From positions 16,435 through 80,434 of IMG/VR virus record IMGVR_UViG_3300044634_000910: a DNA stretch of 64,000 bases; one strand, 5' to 3'. The DNA comes from a virus. Taxonomy: Duplodnaviria > Caudoviricetes. This document shows positions 35,790 to 47,200 of the stretch, piece after piece. Each line of letters opens with the position of its first letter. Positions within the stretch are counted from its first letter, which is position 1. Under the pieces are notes generated by a model, which saw only the letters and a program-made list of their open reading frames with translations, did no database searches and was not told the DNA's origin. A program made the translations under genes and the position numbers.

Positions 35790-36284
35790 TTATACCGCCC
35801 CATATATTGTACCATTAAGTATCTCACCGTTGTTTACTATTTGAACCTCTATTTGCTCATCTGAATCAAGGTTAGTTACATTGATTACCAAATCACCTGT
35901 TGTTTGATCTATATAGACTATCTGTCCAGCAGGACCTGAGCCTACTGATGGGATTTTGTTCTCAAGCCTGATTGGAAAGTTCTTAAAATAAGTATCTGCT
36001 GTGTTCTCAAGTTTAATTATATTGTTAGGATTGTATTCTAAGTAAAGGCTTTGCAGGTTTTTAATTGGGCTATACAAAACATCTTGTCCATTAATAATAT
36101 CGTTTCTTGATATATTGATTAATTCTTGGCCTCCTATATTTTCAAATATAAGATCTGCCATAATATCAATTTCAAGTGGTGGATTGCTAAGAGCAATTAA
36201 AGAAGGAGTTGCAACCTTAACCGCTGGATTAACTGCTGGCTTTGCTTGGGATGCTGGTTGATTTGCTACTGAATCAGTTGTCAT
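35790..36284 (-). CDS. Putative tail protein
   Basis: Position in tail operon. Confidence 0.55.
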   Translation of the reverse strand: MTTDSVANQPASQAKPAVNPAVKVATPSLIALSNPPLEIDIMADLIFENIGGQELINISRNDIINGQDVLYSPIKNLQSLYLEYNPNNIIKLENTADTYFKNFPIRLENKIPSVGSGPAGQIVYIDQTTGDLVINVTNLDSDEQIEVQIVNNGEILNGTIYGAV

Positions 36285-39200
36285 TGCACTACCTCACTTA
36301 AAAATATTGTCATTTCTGGACCGTATTTTTCTTTAGAATATTCTATATTATATACCACAAACCTTGAGTCCTTAGATCCGACCTTATCTATTTGATTTTC
36401 AGTGTAGTCAACAGATACAATATCTCCAAGTTGAATCATTGGGTTTGCAAAAACCTTAACACCTATAGACTTTCTTGGCTTCATTATTTTTTTAATTACC
36501 CAAGCCAAAAGGTTTTCTGCGTCATCATGTGACTGAATATATGGAGCCTCTAATGAAAAATCTTTTTTGCCATAAGTCATGCGACTTAACTTTATGTCCT
36601 CATAATCTTTTGCAATTTTATTAGGATATGATACCAACGAATTAGCAACAAACTGTGGGTCTGCTAAATTACTATTCTTTGAAAAGTATTCATCCACAGT
36701 AAGATCGTTGCTTGATTGCTGAGTAAATGTAATGCCTTGAATTCTTAGATAGTTTCCGCTTGTCTCGTCAAGGCTGAGTGCTGTGTCTGTAGAATTAAAT
36801 ATTAAAAATTCTGCTCCATATGCCCCTGCTCTAAATCCTGAAACAGCATAACCCTTTAATCTATTAAATGTTGGAGATAACTTTGCATACAAAGCAGGAT
36901 ATGCCTTGTCATATTTAAAATTAAATGATGCTGCTTCTCTCATTATTGTTCCGAACTCTTCAAAGTACATGCTAAACTTTGGGGGCTCAGCAGAACTAAT
37001 CCCAGTAAGATAGGTTGATTGAACTGCACCTGACATGGCGTATTTCATAAATGAATCGTTTGCATTTATTTCAGAGTCTCCGAATGCTGAACTAATTGGA
37101 GCATCAATTTGAAACGCTGTATTTTGTGAATAGTTGTTTGCCAATGCATAGATATTTTCAAACATAACTCTTGAAGATCCACGAACAAACAATGACATGT
37201 TATTGTATATTGGAAGCGGGTCAGTGTCATCTATTGTAGCAATTAGGTTATTGTTTAGGTATAGAAAAAACCTTCTGCGTGAGCCTATGTCTTGATACTC
37301 AACTGCTAAGTCATATACTGTTGGTTTTTCTTCTGCAGCCATTCTGTACTGTCCCGTAAATTTTCCATCGTCTACAATTATGTTTGTAAGTCCTTCATAC
37401 AGTTTTACTGGCACTGCAGATGTGGTTTCTGTTCCAGCAGTAGCAGCCTTTAGTTTATAAAATATAACATTGTGAACATTGTCTTTCTCAGAGTTATTAA
37501 GTTTGTTTGCTCCTAACGCAATGATTTCAAAATAATACCCGTTGTTTGTTTCTGGGTTTATCATCACACCAAGACCGCCTGACCCACCGACAATACTTAT
37601 GTTCTTGTCTGGAGTAGTTCCTGGAACAGTGTAGTAAGTAGATCCCCCTACTGGTGTCTGGCCACGATTAATATCATTTTCAATTTTACCAATAATTCTC
37701 ATTCTAGTTCCAAAGTGCTTATACTTGTTTGTTAATGGCTTGTACACATATGATATAAAATCAATTGGTGACTCTGTTGTTGTAAACCCTGGACCATTCA
37801 TAACCAAAGCAGAGGACTGGACTGTTCCAGTTTGTGTTGAAAGCATTGCATTAATGCTTGTCTCTGCAATATACTTTGATGAAAGAAAGTTTTTAATAAT
37901 GCCATTTCTTGTTGTTTTCTGTGCAAGGGTGTTGCTTAGTCCTGCTGCAAAAACTCTTGTATCTGGCAATGTTTGATCTGATTTAAATAAATACTTTGAG
38001 TCCATTGTACATCCACGAACATTTGCGTTGTCTGACCAGTATGGATTTAAGCCAGCAGTATGTAGTGTTACTGGCGTTCCAAACTGTCCTCTTCCGTGCT
38101 TTGCAACAGGGCCATTCTTTAACTTTACAATTCCAGAAATTTCTTCGTAGTTTGGTTCAGAATATATTCTTACTAAGCCAGTTGGATAAATCTTTCCGTT
38201 AAAAGGAAGGGATGAAAAGTACTTCTCATACTCTTGCACATTGTTAATCCAAACATCTCCAGTACCAGAAATATTATATTGAACAGCATCATACTTTATA
38301 ATCTCTCCGTTAGAATAAAAATATCCATTGTATCTTGTTATCCAGTAAACTCCTTCTCCTAAATCCATAACATTATTAACAACTACGTTATTAGAAACAT
38401 TTGGAACTGTGGCAGAAAGATTAGAGTTTAATGGTATTGCGCTTAACATGTACGTAGACTGGTTTCCAATCTCTCCATTAGCAGACTTAGTATTTTCTGT
38501 ACCTGCAACTTCCCACAAAAGTACTGGCTTATATATCCAGGTCTTTTCGGCATCTACAAGGCTTGCCTGCTTTATGCTTCCAATAGATCTTTGAATATGT
38601 CTTGTTGTATAAACAATCTTTCCATCATTGTAAACATCGTTGTCTTCAGATGTTACCTCTACAATGTTTGCAAGTTTTGTTTTTGTTCTTTCGTTTTTAA
38701 CCACTCCAGAATCTTGTGAGTCAGAGGACCCGTACAGAACTATGTCTGTTGGTCTTTGCGCTAATGATGGCATTATATAGTTTTTACTCATCATTACAAA
38801 GTTATTGTATTCGTCAAAGAACATGGCTGTCTGTGTTGAGATTGCTATATCTTCTAATATCTCAGCAACAGTTTTTTCTGGTGGTATAAAGAAATATGGA
38901 ATTATGGCTTCTGATTCTCCGTCTACTCTTTTAAATACATAGTTTGAAAAACCTATTGAGTCTAAAAGAAGTGAAACTGCTGCGCTCACTGATGTATTTG
39001 TTGAAAGAATTTCTGGGGCAGTTTGAGATTCAAAGTAGAAGTATAAATCTCTTAGGTCAATAGATACCTGCTTTGAATCATTTGATGTTTTTGGAAATCC
39101 ATCTGAGTACATAGTTTTAATTGGAACGTAGTAGTCCACACCTTCTACATCCATAATTATCTCGTAAAGTTTTACTTGTATGTTTTTTGACACATACTTT

Positions 39201-40564
39201 CCAATAACACTATTTGTATTGTTTGCATTAAAGGCATCATCAAAATCAAAAAGTTCAAGTTTACCAGTAGATGCAAGTAGTTGCCCAACAGGAAGTCCGC
39301 TTGCACCAAGGTCTGATGCGCTTTTATTAACTGAAAAATTTAACACTCTGTCTGAAATGTCTGCCGATAGTCTAGAAGACATTTCAATTAAATCAAATGT
39401 TGAGTCAAACTTATTCATGCTTTCAACTACGATTCTAATTCCAGAAATATATTCAAACTCTTTATATTTTTTAGCAGTACCAGAGTTGTAGTATTTTGGG
39501 GATGTTAAATCAGTTACAAAGTTTGTTAGACTGTCTACAGAACTTTCTTCAAGTTTCCAACCATATGTTGGAGTAAATGTTTTCCATTCAGAGTCGTACC
39601 AAATATGATATGTGCCAAGTTCTCCATCATTTTGTATTACTAAAAACGAATGCCCTTCTTCTGCGGTATCTGGTCTAAGAGTTGCAGAAGGTAGTTCTCC
39701 TTTAAAAATAAATATATCTGAATATAACTTAGGAACTATAAGGCCATAAGAAAGTTCAACGTATCCATCAGACTTAATTATATCTGTTCCATCTTTTCTT
39801 TTGTCTTTGTCTGTAAACGATACAGCGTCTACCCAGTTGTTATTTTTTAAAACCTGAATCTTCCATCTATCTGGAGTTGTTTTATTTGTATCGCCAAAGT
39901 ATGGATCTAAAAATGTACCTGCTGAGTTTGAAAATGTTCCATAATCCAGTTCTCCAACATTGGTTTGCATCTTTACAATAACTCTGTTTGCTGGAACTTG
40001 CTGCTTGTATACAACGAATGGAGCAGCATCTTCTATTCTGTGTCTTCCATTTATAGTTTTATTTGCAACACCATACTCAATTTTATTTTCAGTTCTAAAA
40101 GATGTCCAGTATTTAAATGGATCATTCTTGTCTGGCATATAGTATCTTGGTCTTTTTGCCATATTAATATTTGGGTTGTGTAAGTATCTACCATTTAAAT
40201 ATGTTGCTTTGTTAATTCCAGATCTTGGTCTTTGTGGCTTTAGACAATCTTCTAAAGAGTAAAGCATCTTTAACTTTTCTTTGTATGCTGTCAAAGTTGT
40301 TGGCTCTCCATTATCATCAAAGCCTCCATCAATTTTTACGTCTGCATCAGTTGCCCCAGTGTAATAGTTTCCAGCATCGGAAGGATCAAAGGTGTTTGGA
40401 AGTGCGCTATAAATAGAGCCACTAGTGTTTGGCCTGTATCGGTAGTTTCCAGCAATAGATATATTTGAGGGTATGTTCATATTCCACTCAACTACAACTG
40501 CAGACTGTGTCTTTACAGAAGAACTTGTCTCTAAATGATTTTGTAATTTTTTACCCTGGAACAT
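36281..40564 (-). CDS. Large minor tail protein (hub/central fibre-like)
   Basis: 1427 aa, two genes after the tape measure; C-terminal NPMIQLGDIV hub-type motif. Confidence 0.7.
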   Translation of the reverse strand: MFQGKKLQNHLETSSSVKTQSAVVVEWNMNIPSNISIAGNYRYRPNTSGSIYSALPNTFDPSDAGNYYTGATDADVKIDGGFDDNGEPTTLTAYKEKLKMLYSLEDCLKPQRPRSGINKATYLNGRYLHNPNINMAKRPRYYMPDKNDPFKYWTSFRTENKIEYGVANKTINGRHRIEDAAPFVVYKQQVPANRVIVKMQTNVGELDYGTFSNSAGTFLDPYFGDTNKTTPDRWKIQVLKNNNWVDAVSFTDKDKRKDGTDIIKSDGYVELSYGLIVPKLYSDIFIFKGELPSATLRPDTAEEGHSFLVIQNDGELGTYHIWYDSEWKTFTPTYGWKLEESSVDSLTNFVTDLTSPKYYNSGTAKKYKEFEYISGIRIVVESMNKFDSTFDLIEMSSRLSADISDRVLNFSVNKSASDLGASGLPVGQLLASTGKLELFDFDDAFNANNTNSVIGKYVSKNIQVKLYEIIMDVEGVDYYVPIKTMYSDGFPKTSNDSKQVSIDLRDLYFYFESQTAPEILSTNTSVSAAVSLLLDSIGFSNYVFKRVDGESEAIIPYFFIPPEKTVAEILEDIAISTQTAMFFDEYNNFVMMSKNYIMPSLAQRPTDIVLYGSSDSQDSGVVKNERTKTKLANIVEVTSEDNDVYNDGKIVYTTRHIQRSIGSIKQASLVDAEKTWIYKPVLLWEVAGTENTKSANGEIGNQSTYMLSAIPLNSNLSATVPNVSNNVVVNNVMDLGEGVYWITRYNGYFYSNGEIIKYDAVQYNISGTGDVWINNVQEYEKYFSSLPFNGKIYPTGLVRIYSEPNYEEISGIVKLKNGPVAKHGRGQFGTPVTLHTAGLNPYWSDNANVRGCTMDSKYLFKSDQTLPDTRVFAAGLSNTLAQKTTRNGIIKNFLSSKYIAETSINAMLSTQTGTVQSSALVMNGPGFTTTESPIDFISYVYKPLTNKYKHFGTRMRIIGKIENDINRGQTPVGGSTYYTVPGTTPDKNISIVGGSGGLGVMINPETNNGYYFEIIALGANKLNNSEKDNVHNVIFYKLKAATAGTETTSAVPVKLYEGLTNIIVDDGKFTGQYRMAAEEKPTVYDLAVEYQDIGSRRRFFLYLNNNLIATIDDTDPLPIYNNMSLFVRGSSRVMFENIYALANNYSQNTAFQIDAPISSAFGDSEINANDSFMKYAMSGAVQSTYLTGISSAEPPKFSMYFEEFGTIMREAASFNFKYDKAYPALYAKLSPTFNRLKGYAVSGFRAGAYGAEFLIFNSTDTALSLDETSGNYLRIQGITFTQQSSNDLTVDEYFSKNSNLADPQFVANSLVSYPNKIAKDYEDIKLSRMTYGKKDFSLEAPYIQSHDDAENLLAWVIKKIMKPRKSIGVKVFANPMIQLGDIVSVDYTENQIDKVGSKDSRFVVYNIEYSKEKYGPEMTIFLSEVVQ

Positions 40565-41220
40565 TACGCCTCTTCCAGTGTTAAGGCAACATTCCAAAAA
40601 TCAAAGTTCAAACCACTTCTTTTGATAACTGAATAATTAAAGTCTGCAAAAAATACTTCTATTACCTCATTGTATTTGTTTGTATTTTTAAATCTATCAT
40701 CTTCTACAGTTAGTGGATCATTGCTAAAATTAGTATACTTATCATAAGCAAGGTAAACCCAAAAAGATCCTTTATGGTTTTTATACCAGTCAAGTAGTTC
40801 TACACCGCCTGCTCCTCCGTCGCTAGTAAACTCTAGGGGGCTTTGTCTTGTTTCTGTCTTAACCATGTTAGGATTTCCATTAGAATCAAATCCAGGATAA
40901 GTATCGTATGCTCTTGATGGTAGCATGTCCCAGGATACTGATATTTGAAGTTTATCGGCAATATGATAAGATCTCATACGACCATTAATCATTCTCTCCT
41001 TTTTTTCTATTCTGGAAGGATTAAAGGTTATGGGTGACCTGTTATCATCAGATAGTATTATAAACTCGCCAGAAGAGTCTCCAGAGGCTGCTGCTGACCC
41101 TATTTCAACTCCCGAAGGAATATGAAATCCATCAACCTTCGTTCCCTGGTTGTCTGCAAATAGCATTGCCTGTGGTCTTGAATATTTTTTTCTTCCAGAC
41201 ATATATGTGTTAGTTGCCAT
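40564..41220 (-). CDS. Distal tail protein-like
   Basis: Directly after the tape measure; ends WNVALTLEEA. Confidence 0.6.
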   Translation of the reverse strand: MATNTYMSGRKKYSRPQAMLFADNQGTKVDGFHIPSGVEIGSAAASGDSSGEFIILSDDNRSPITFNPSRIEKKERMINGRMRSYHIADKLQISVSWDMLPSRAYDTYPGFDSNGNPNMVKTETRQSPLEFTSDGGAGGVELLDWYKNHKGSFWVYLAYDKYTNFSNDPLTVEDDRFKNTNKYNEVIEVFFADFNYSVIKRSGLNFDFWNVALTLEEA

Positions 41221-44200
41221 TATAATCTATTCCCCCTGAGTTTCTGTGAGTCAATACCCTTTATTTGTGTCATCACAACTCTTGCAATTTCATCTGGGTT
41301 TGCATCTGATTTTACATTAACACTAATACTATAATTATACACTGAGTCGCCTACTGATGAGCCATTATTTATTGCCCTCATTGTATCTGCTCCATGAGAC
41401 TGTACAGCATACTTACTCATTACAAATTCTCCAGGGGTAAGCATTGCTGGGATAGTGTCTGTTCCAGAAGCGTATCCGCCTTTAGCGAAGTAACTTGGAA
41501 CTAGTCCACCCTTAGAAAGCATCATCATACTTGCCATTCCACCGCCACCGCCACTGCCAAACCCACCACTTAAAACTTTATCATCGGAACTTACTTGTGA
41601 AGTAGAACCTAAAGAAGGAATGCTTGCAATAGCCTTTGATGCACCGTATAAAGAAAGACCAGTAATACCAGCGACTGTTCCCAGCATAGTTGCAACAGCA
41701 GATTTGCTTGTACCAATTTTTGAAGTTTCTTTTAGATTTGGTTCAACGATAGCAGGAATATCTGTTCTTGGAACCATAACTACTCTACCATCTTTTACTA
41801 CTGCCTGAAGATCTGGGGCATCCACAACCTTTAGGTTCATTCCAGGAATATTTCCAACACCCCAATTTGTGTATGCATCTCCATGTCTATATCCAATATA
41901 ACCAGCCTTAAGTAGTTCTTGCATAAATGGATCAGTTATGTCAGCATTTATACTGCTCATATCTCTTGGCTGAATACCAGTTTTTTTAACATATGCTTCT
42001 TTAAACTTTTTTAATCCTTCTGGATCTATAAATCCTTTGCTAGATAAAACCTTAGCGATTGCACGTGGTTCTAAGTCTATTCCATATTGATAAGACCCAA
42101 ATTGTCCAAAATGCTCTTTAGACATTAGTGGACTAGTTGCACTATACAGTCCTGGACCAAAGGCATTAACTGGTGTTGCTGTTGGATCTGTTTTTGATTT
42201 TAAATATCTTTCTAAAGGAGACGGAAGGTCATCTATAGGCTTTCCATGTCTATGAACGCCCCGCTTCATTGTAATCAAAGCACCTAATCCACCTGGAATT
42301 GAGTCTATGATTGCCTGAGTCTTGTAGTGTTTTACAAATGCCTCTGCATCATCTCCACCTACCTCCCTAGTTAAACGTGCAAGACTTATATTTCTTCCAA
42401 AGTTTGTGTCTGCAAGTCGTTTTGCTATTGGAGCAACTATTGCTTCTTTTAATTTGCCAAGTGTTACCTTAACTGGGTCCATCATATCTTTTCCTATGTT
42501 TTTAAACATATTAGAATATGAAGCATTTGAATATTTTTTACTTTCATCAAACATAGACTTTTGAAGATATGAAAGGTCTTGAATATCTGTTTCATGAAGT
42601 CTTCTAGGATTAATCTTTTTACCTAAATCAGAAACATATGGTACTGCTTTAGATGCTAATGTGCTTCCAAGTTTAGTACTTAAGAATGATTCGTTTATGT
42701 TTGTATCTTTGCCTCCATATTTCCACGCACTTTGTAATGGAATTTGAAGGTTGCTTGCAAACCTTCCAGGAGCAAGAAAGGCACTTTCTAATGCTCTTCC
42801 AATTGGGCCACCATTGCCATATAGAGCACTAGCAATTCTTGACTTAAGAGGAAGAGGACCTGGAACCCAATCGTCATACTTGCCCCATTCTGTGCTATCC
42901 CATTCTCCCTTTCCAGTAGAGGCTGTAGGAATAGTTAGTTTTTCTTCCACTAAACTTGTAGTTGGCGCTGGGGCATCATTTGCTTTACTTGCTACTTTAC
43001 TAAATATATCTATACCGTTTTTACCAAGTGATTCTTTTATTCTTTTAGGAATTACGTTTCCTATCTTATTTATTATTGGCTTTACTGCTTTAAGACCTGG
43101 AAATGGTGCAACCGCTAGAGCAGCATTTAAGTTGTCTTTTATGTCAGACTTCATTGGCTGACCTGCTAACTTAGCAGCAAACATTTGAGGAATACCGCCA
43201 TACTTTGCAATATCCAAAGCAGTTTTTGCTATTGATGGAAGCGCAAAGAAGTTAGCAGTTTTTTCCCATATCTTCTTATCAAATAATGATGTTGCTCTTT
43301 TTTCTTCTTCTTTAGCCTTTGGTTTTGCAGATCCCATAGATGACATTCCTAGACCGTGTGGTGCACTTACTGTTCCACCAGTTGAAAATCTTTGAACATT
43401 TATATCATTTAAGAATCCTTCGCCGTACTGATCAACTGCAGACTTTCTAACTACAAACTCTCCTGGAGTTAACATTGCAGGTACAGTGTCTGTACCCTTT
43501 GGAGTAAATCCTCCATCTGCAAAATACTTAGGAACAACTCCTCCAGAACTTAGTCCTCCCCAATTTCCAAATGATCCAAGCCAAGCATCTGCTGCTGATT
43601 CAGCATCTGCCTTAGCCTCTGCATCCTTAAGTAATTTAAGGGCTCCATCTGCTGCTGCTTTCGCCGCTTTGTCTGCTGCATCTTTTGCCGCTTTGTCTGC
43701 TGCATCTTTTGCCGCTTTGTCTGCTGCATCTTTTGCCGCTTTGTCTGATCCTGTTTTTCCATCATTTCCACCAGATCCACCAAGATTAACTGTAGTAACA
43801 TATCTAGTAATATATTCAGTTATGTTTCTAATTTCATTGATTATCTGATCTGTCTCAACGCTCTTAGGAATTTTATTAATAGTGTCTAAAATTGTAGACC
43901 AAGAGGTTGATGTGTTTGCTGCTGATGTTTCTGCTGCTGCTAAAGCAATCGCATATGATTTTGCTAGTTCATCAACAGCGGTTATCTTGTCGACTGTCTC
44001 TTGCCACTTTTCAAGAGTCATTCCAGTTGTCTCATCAATTGCAACTGCTTCATCTGCAATACTTTGTAGGTATGCTTCTTGAGATGCCAATTCTAAGTCT
44101 TGTGCTTCTAATTTCCTTAGTATCTCTGCTTGAGTTTTTTCTTGTTCTAATAGGCTGGCTTCTTGTGCTTTTAGATTTGCAACTGCTGCTATGTGTGCTG

Positions 44201-47200
44201 CTTCTGCTGCCTTAAGTGCTGCTGCTCTAAGAACCTCTTGTGCTTCAATTTTTTCTTGTTCTAAGGTAATGCTTTCTTGAATTCTCAATATGCTTAGGTT
44301 TAAAGCCTCTATTTCTTTTTCTATTGCAAGTCTAGCAGGGTCTGTTTCTAATCTATATATTTCTTGACTTATAACAAACTGTCTTTCTGAAATCTCATCT
44401 CTAGTCATCTTGCTTTCTGCGCCAGTAAGAGATCCTAGTTCATTAGTTCTGGACAGTTCAAGACCTTGCATAATCATGTCTGCTTGACTATTTGCTGATG
44501 CGGCTCTCATTTCTTGTGCAACTCTTGCTGCTGCTGCAATATCTCCTTGAGAAAGAGCATCAGCCAAACCTAATTGCTGACCTTGAGAGTCAATTATCTG
44601 CTTGTTTAAATCATTTACTTGCTGTAAAGCCTCTACCTGCTTGTCATACTTTTCATTAATATCTTCTGCAGCCTTGTCCATTATTGCAAGGTCGTTGTTA
44701 AGCATTTGGTTTTCTTTGTTAAAGGCTTCTATCTTGTCGATAAACTTTGTTTTTATTTCATCTTCTTTTGCCTTAATACTTTTTTCTATTGACTTAATGT
44801 TATTTTCGTATTTTTTAATTACATCTTCAATTCCCTTTATTGTTTGATCAAACGAATTATTTACAGCGTCTAGTGCCTTTTCTAAATCATTTTGAGCATT
44901 AGCAATTTTATCTTGAATTTCAGACCTGCTTCTTTGAATGCTTTGAAGGTTTGAGGATGCTATATCTATTGTTTTACCAAGAGATGCTCTTTCTTTTCCA
45001 ATGCTGTTTAAACTTGCTCCTGCAGGAATTGTTGGTATTGCAACTCCTGCTGCCTTATATCTTGCTGCTACATTTGCAGTTGCAATTTTTCCAACTTGTT
45101 GTGGGGCTTTGTTTGGATCTCTGTATGCAGATGTTGCACTTTCTAGTTGTGATCTGTTCAAATAAGAATAGACAGTTCTCTTTGAATCCATCACCTTGGT
45201 TGCTGCATCTGCTCCATCACGAATCTGATCTGCAACATTTTTTACTGCAAACTCAAGAGCAATTTTTATATTTGAGTTTGCTTGTATAGCCTTAAGACCA
45301 GCCACGATATCTTTAAGTCTGTCTGCTGCTCCCGCTGCTCCCGACTTGTAGTCTTCCATTGCTGCGATTGCTTCTGCTAGTGATTCTGGATCACCTATAA
45401 TATCTTTTAGGGCTTTTGAAGATACTCCCTGACTTCCTAAAAACTTTATGACATCTGGAATTTGTTTAATATTTTTTTGTTGATTAAGTGCTTCTGATCC
45501 CTTAGCAATTAAGTTGTTAATTTTTTGTCTATTTGTTAACTGCTTGCTTAGTTCAACGTTTGTCTTTAGTTCTTCATCTGTTATCTTTCCAGTAGCAATT
45601 GCTGCTGTTGTATACTCATCCTGAAGAATATTTTCTATTGATACAGCATCATATCCAGCAGCAACCAGTTTGCGTCTTACTGCTTCTTGTTCATTTAGTA
45701 ATAAGATAGACTTGCTTGCATAGGAATTAAACTCTCCAACTACCGCTGCATCAAAGGCCTTATTGTATAGTTCTCCAAGTTCAGAAAGTACAACATCTCC
45801 TGACTTTGCTGTCTTTGGCAATAACTTTTTACTATCGTATGGGTTTAATATTCTTCCCTTGTTTTTCCCAGTCTTAATTTTAGACCCTGCAGTAGTAAAA
45901 TACTTTTTCTGTTCTGTTGGATCTTGTGACATAGCAAAGTCAATAAACTGTCTATTACGTCCTTGAGCATTCATCTGTTGCTCTATTCCTCTAAACTTAT
46001 TCTGGACAGACTTTGAGTTTCCTTCTGCTAGAGCCTTATTTAATTCTTTAATTCCACCTGCTGCATTAATAGCAGCATTTCTAACGTTCTTTAATCTTTC
46101 TAAAATAAATTGAAATGGATCTGCTTTTTTACTTCCTCCACTATCATCATCTAGCAGATCATTTGCTGCTTTTGAAGCAATTTCTTGATCAGTCATTTGC
46201 ATTACTGTGTCTCCAGCAATTTTATCTCTGTATGCCTTGTCGGTTGGACTGTTAGCAATAAGGGATGCTGCATGGGAAGGAATGCCTTGGCTTACCGCTT
46301 TTGCCATATCTCTTGCACGGGCAGCGGAAATGTCACCATCTGTTATGGTTTTATGTATTGCAATATATTGTGCAATAACTGTTCTTATTACTTCTTGAGG
46401 TTGATTTTTCCATCTATCAAAAATAGGTATAAGACCATCCAGGCTTACTCCACCAATTTCTTTTGTTTCAATTAAAACTTGTTTTGTTATTGGTCCCTTT
46501 ACATCGTCAATTGCTTTAAGTGATTTGGTTAAGGCTTCAAGTTTTGCCATAGGATCAATAGAATTGCCATTTTCATCTTTGCTAGAAAAGAATGCATCGA
46601 TGTTGATTTCTTTCCCCTGTAGTTTTTGAACTAGCCCAATTGCGTCAATTAGGTCTGATCTTTCTGCTGGATCTTTTTCAATAATCTTAATGAATATTCT
46701 CTTTGCATCAGACTCGCTTTCGAGAATACTAAGTGCATTTACTAACTCAATTGTTTCTGCAGAATCTTGAGTTATTAGCAAGTCCAATGCTGCATCAAGT
46801 TGGGCCTCATTTTTTTCACCCTTGCCAAACATTGATATAAGAGATGTTCCAACTTCTGGAGTTGCTCCTTCATAGGCAACGAAGGTTTTAATTTTTACTT
46901 CTAGTTCTTCTGACTTTAAATTATTTTTTGCAGAACCAAGAAAAACATCTGCATATGGATCTCCCTCAAATTTTGTTCTTACTTGAGTGTCTACGGAATT
47001 CATAAACGCTTTAGAATAGTAGTCGTCTCCACTAAGTCCAATATTTTTAACCTTCTTATAGTTGGCTACTTGATCATTTAAAAGTTTTTTTGATTCATTT
47101 CTTAAAGAACTTAAGCCATCCTTTTTCTTACCTTCTAAAGCCGCAATCTCATCATCTATTTTTTTCTGTTTTGCTTTATCAGATGTAATCTCTTTTTGTT

